From NCBI GenBank assembly GCA_032718475.1, contig JAUCBJ010002312.1, forward strand, positions 1-51,238: DNA of 51,238 nucleotides, in the 5' to 3' direction. A program made the position numbers and the translations under genes. The first letter of the stretch is position 1. Each line of letters begins with the position of its first letter. Below are positions 47,315 to 51,238 of this stretch, in pieces. Origin of the DNA: Nemertoderma westbladi (Eukaryota > Animalia > Xenacoelomorpha). Below the pieces are notes generated by a model. It did not search any database, had not been told where the DNA came from, and was given only the letters and a program-made list of their open reading frames with translations.

Positions 47315-50052
47315 AAGCTACAAGGCCGCAGCGGCACTAACAAGTAGCTACAAGGCCGCAGCGGCATTAACAAGTAGCTACAAGGCCGCAGCGGCACTAA
47401 CAAGTAGCTACAAGGCCGCAGCGGCACTAACAAGTAGCTACAAGGCCGCAGCGGCATTAACAAGTAGCTACAAGGCCGCAGCGGCATTAACAAGTAGCTA
47501 CAAGGCCGCAGCGGCACTAACAAGTAGCTACAAGGCCGCAGCGGCATTAACAAGTAGCTACAACGCCGCAGCGGCATTAACAAGTAGCTACAAGGCCGCA
47601 GCGGCACTAACAAGTAGCTACAGGGCCGCAGCGGCATTAACAAGTAGCTACAAGGCCGCAGCGGCACTAACAAGTAGCTACAAGGCCGCAGCGGCACTAA
47701 CAAGTAGCTACAAGGCCGCAGCGGCATTAACAAGTAGCTACAAGGCCGCAGCGGCACTAACAAGTAGCTACAAGGCCGCAGCGGCACAAACAAGTAGCTA
47801 CAAGGCCGCAGCGGCACAAACAAGTAGCTACAAGGCCGCAGCGGCACTAACAAGTAGCTACAAGGCCGCAGCGGCACTAACGAGTAGCTACAAGGCCGCA
47901 TCGGCACTAACAAGTAGCTACAAGGCCGCAGCGGCACTAACAAGTAGCTACAAGGCCGCAGCGGCATTAACAAGTAGCTACAAGGCCGCAGCGGCATTAA
48001 CAAGTAGCTACAAGGCCGCAGCGGCACAAACAAGTAGCTACAAGGCCGCAGCGGCACAAACAAGTAGCTACAAGGCCGCAGCGGCACTAACAAGTAGCTA
48101 CAAGGCCGCAGCGGCATTAACAAGTAGCTACAAGGCCGCAGCGGCATTAACAAGTAGCTACAAGGCCGCAGCGGCACTAACAAGTAGCTACAAGGCCGCA
48201 GCGGCACTAACAAGTAGCTACAAGGCCGCAGCGGCATTAACAAGTAGCTACAAGGCCGCAGCGGCATTAACAAGTAGCTACAAGGCCGCAGCGGCACTAA
48301 CAAGTAGCTACAGGGCCGCAGCGGCATTAACAAGTAGCTACAAGGCCGCAGCGGCACTAACAAGTAGCTACAAGGCCGCAGCGGCACTAACAAGTAGCTA
48401 CAAGGCCGCAGCGGCATTAACAAGTAGCTACAAGGCCGCAGCGGCACTAACAAGTAGCTACAAGGCCGCAGCGGCACAAACAAGTAGCTACAAGGCCGCA
48501 GCGGCACAAACAAGTAGCTACAAGGCCGCAGCGGCACTAACAAGTAGCTACAAGGCCGCAGCGGCACTAACAAGTAGCTACAAGGCCGCAGCGGCACTAA
48601 CAAGTAGCTACAAGGCCGCAGCGGCACTAACAAGTAGCTACAAGGCCGCAGCGGCATTAACAAGTAGCTACAAGGCCGCAGCGGCATTAACAAGTAGCTA
48701 CAAGGCCGCAGCGGCACAAACAAGTAGCTACAAGGCCGCAGCGGCACAAACAAGTAGCTACAAGGCCGCAGCGGCACTAACAAGTAGCTACAAGGCCGCA
48801 GCGGCATTAACAAGTAGCTACAAGGCCGCAGCGGCATTAACAAGTAGCTACAAGGCCGCAGCGGCACTAACAAGTAGCTACAAGGCCGCAGCGGCATTAA
48901 CAAGTAGCTACAAGGCCGCAGCGGCATTAACAAGTAGCTACAAGGCCGCAGCGGCATTAACAAGTAGCTACAAGGCCGCAGCGGCATTAACAAGTAGCTA
49001 CAAGGCCGCAGCGGCATTAACAAGTAGCTACAAGGCCGCAGCGGCACTAACAAGTAGCTACAAGGCCGCAGCGGCACTAACAAGTAGCTACAAGGCCGCA
49101 GCGGCATTAACAAGTAGCTACTAGGCCGCAGCGGCACTAACAAGTAGCTACAAGGCCGCAGCGGCACTAACAAGTAGCTACAAGGCCGCAGCGGCACTAA
49201 CAAGTAGCTACAAGGCCGCAGCGGCATTAACAAGTAGCTACAAGGCCGCAGCGGCACTAACAAGTAGCTACAAGGCCGCAGCGGCACTAACAAGTAGCTA
49301 CAAGGCCGCAGCGGCACTAACAAGTAGCTACAAGGCCGCAGCGGCACTAACAAGTAGCTACAAGGCCGCAGCGGCACTAACAAGTAGCTACAAGGCCGCA
49401 GCGGCACAAACAAGTAGCTACAAGGCCGCAGCGGCACTAACAAGTAGCTACAAGGCCGCAGCGGCACTAACAAGTAGCTACAAGGCCGCAGCGGCACTAA
49501 CAAGTAGCTACAAGGCCGCAGCGGCACAAACAAGTAGCTACAAGGCCGCAGCGGCACTAACAAGTAGCTACAAGGCCGCAGCGGCACAAACAAGTAGCTA
49601 CAAGGCCGCAGCGGCACTAACAAGTAGCTACAAAGCCGCAGCGGCACAAACAAGTAGCTACAAGGCCGCAGCGGCACAAACAAGTAGCTACAAGGCCGCA
49701 GCGGCACAAACAAGTAGCTACAAGGCCGCAGCGGCACAAACAAGTAGCTACAAGGCCGCAGCGGCACAAACAAGTAGCTACAAGGCCGCAGCGGCACAAA
49801 CAAGTAGCTACAAGGCCGCAGCGGCACTAACAAGTAGCTACAAGGCCGCAGCGGCACTAACAAGTAGCTACAATGCCGCAGCGGCACTAACAAGTAGCTA
49901 CAAGGCCGCAGCGGCACAAACAAGTAGCTACAAGGCCGCAGCGGCACAAACAAGTAGCTACAAGCCCGCAGCGGCACTAACAAGTAGCTACAAGGCCGCA
50001 GCGGCACTAACAAGTAGCTACAAGGCCGCAGCGGCACTAACAAGTAGCTACA
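47315..50052. repeat. Highly homogeneous 30-bp minisatellite, ~91 copies
   Basis: Unit CAAGTAGCTACAAGGCCGCAGCGGCA(CT/TT/CA)AA. Confidence 0.98.
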
Positions 50053-50205
50053 CGTGCAGCTCTACCGCTAATAACTAAACGCCAAGCGGCATTACAGCTT
50101 GTTGTCACCTATTTATAAATAAGCTACAGTAGCTTATTTATAACTTTTACACCGTTATCGAAACACCTGCAATCCGCTATGTGCTGTTAGGTGAGGCTGC
50201 GGTTA

Positions 50206-51066
50206 TGGGGCGCCGTTTGGGCCAAAAATAAAAAAAACATATTATATTAAAAAGTTATAATGGTATGTTTTTTATCTTGCCGTTTGGGCCAAAAGTTGTA
50301 ATGGTATGTTTTTTTATCTTGCCGTTTGGGCCAAAAATAGCTGAGAGGGAAATTTGAATTATCACTTTCTATATACTGTATTTAGCAATTGCAATTATCA
50401 TCATACCTGTGAGCCTGTCTGCCTATACATGATTGTGGATTGTATTTACACACGGTGTACCGTATCGCTGTAGGAGTGGACTTTAGGCTTACCTCCCGCT
50501 GTATGGCTGTATGGGCCTTGGCCTACCAGTACTCATATACTGTCACTGGGTAATGCTGTAATGCGTTAGGCTGTTAGGTACAAATCAGTATACTTTAGGC
50601 CCTGTAGCATTACACCTTGTGCTTGTGATAGGCCTACATCTTGTGGTCCACAATACTGAGGCATTAATGTCAGAATGTCATTTGTACCTAACAGCCTAAC
50701 GCTACATTACAGCATATACCCAGTGACAGTATATGAGTACTGGTAGGCCAAGGCCCATACAGCCATACAGCGGGAGGTAAGCCTAAAGTCCACTCCTACA
50801 GCGATACGGTACACCGTGTGTAAATACAATCCACAATCATGTATAGGCAGACAGGCTCACAGGTATGATGATAATTGCAATTGCTATAAATACAGTATAT
50901 AGAAAGTGATAATTCAAATTTCCCTCTCAGCTATTTTTGGCCCAAACGGCAAGATAAAAAAACATACCATTACAACTTTTGGCCCAAACGGCAAGATAAA
51001 AAAACATACCATTATAACTTTTTAATATAATATGTTTTTTTTATTTTTGGCCCAAACGGCGCCCCA
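50206..51066. mobile_element. Long palindromic MITE (861 bp) with TA target duplication, Tc1/mariner-type signature
   Basis: ~380-bp near-perfect inverted arms TGGGGCGCCGTTTGGGCC...GGCCCAAACGGCGCCCCA with a ~95-bp spacer; TA at 50204-50205 and 51067-51068. Confidence 0.9.
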
Positions 51067-51140
51067 TATGCGGTCTTCTGGCTTCATCGAATTCAGGGCT
51101 TAAAGAAGATAAAGGCAAATATAAATTTACTAGATCCTAC

Positions 51141-51188
51141 CGTAATGGGTGATGCTGATGGGTGAACTTCGTTTATACCTTCGGTTTC
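51141..51188 (-). CDS. Possible short upstream kinesin exon
   Basis: aaag...gtagga borders, 48 bp, open frame (NRRYKRSSPISITHY) compatible with the phase-1 start of exon 47046-47176; weak acceptor. Confidence 0.25.
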
Positions 51189-51238
51189 CTTTAATATTAA
51201 TTACTGATAAGATAAACTGAAATTTAATTAATTACAAT

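Noticed and set aside
47284-50043. 919-aa ORF (LVPLRPCSYL)n
   Set aside because: Translation of a 30-bp tandem repeat with no splice connection to the kinesin exons or other coding signal

Overview
AT-rich eukaryotic (invertebrate-like metazoan) DNA. A multi-exon kinesin-14 (C-terminal motor, KIFC3-like) gene runs on the minus strand. Eleven GT-AG exons between 24621 and 47176 splice in a consistent frame, and the gene continues beyond both window edges. Its introns are inflated by unrelated tandem arrays (28, 54, ~68, 30, 57, 87, 25, 30/35 and 30 bp units) and by non-autonomous transposons: a piggyBac-type MITE, nested Mutator/foldback-type elements, palindromic MITEs and an RTE-like LINE fragment. 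The most striking feature is the >=24.6 kb 28-bp satellite at 1-24638. Its unit is the exon/intron junction of a motor-domain exon (last 16 exon nt plus GTAAGTTTTAC[A/T]), so the intron carries several hundred copies of its own 5' splice site. An intact, intronless prolyl 4-hydroxylase alpha gene (41617-43239, +) is nested antisense inside one kinesin intron. Nearly all long ORFs in the supplied track are artefacts of tandem repeats. All calls come from reading the sequence; no searches were run.
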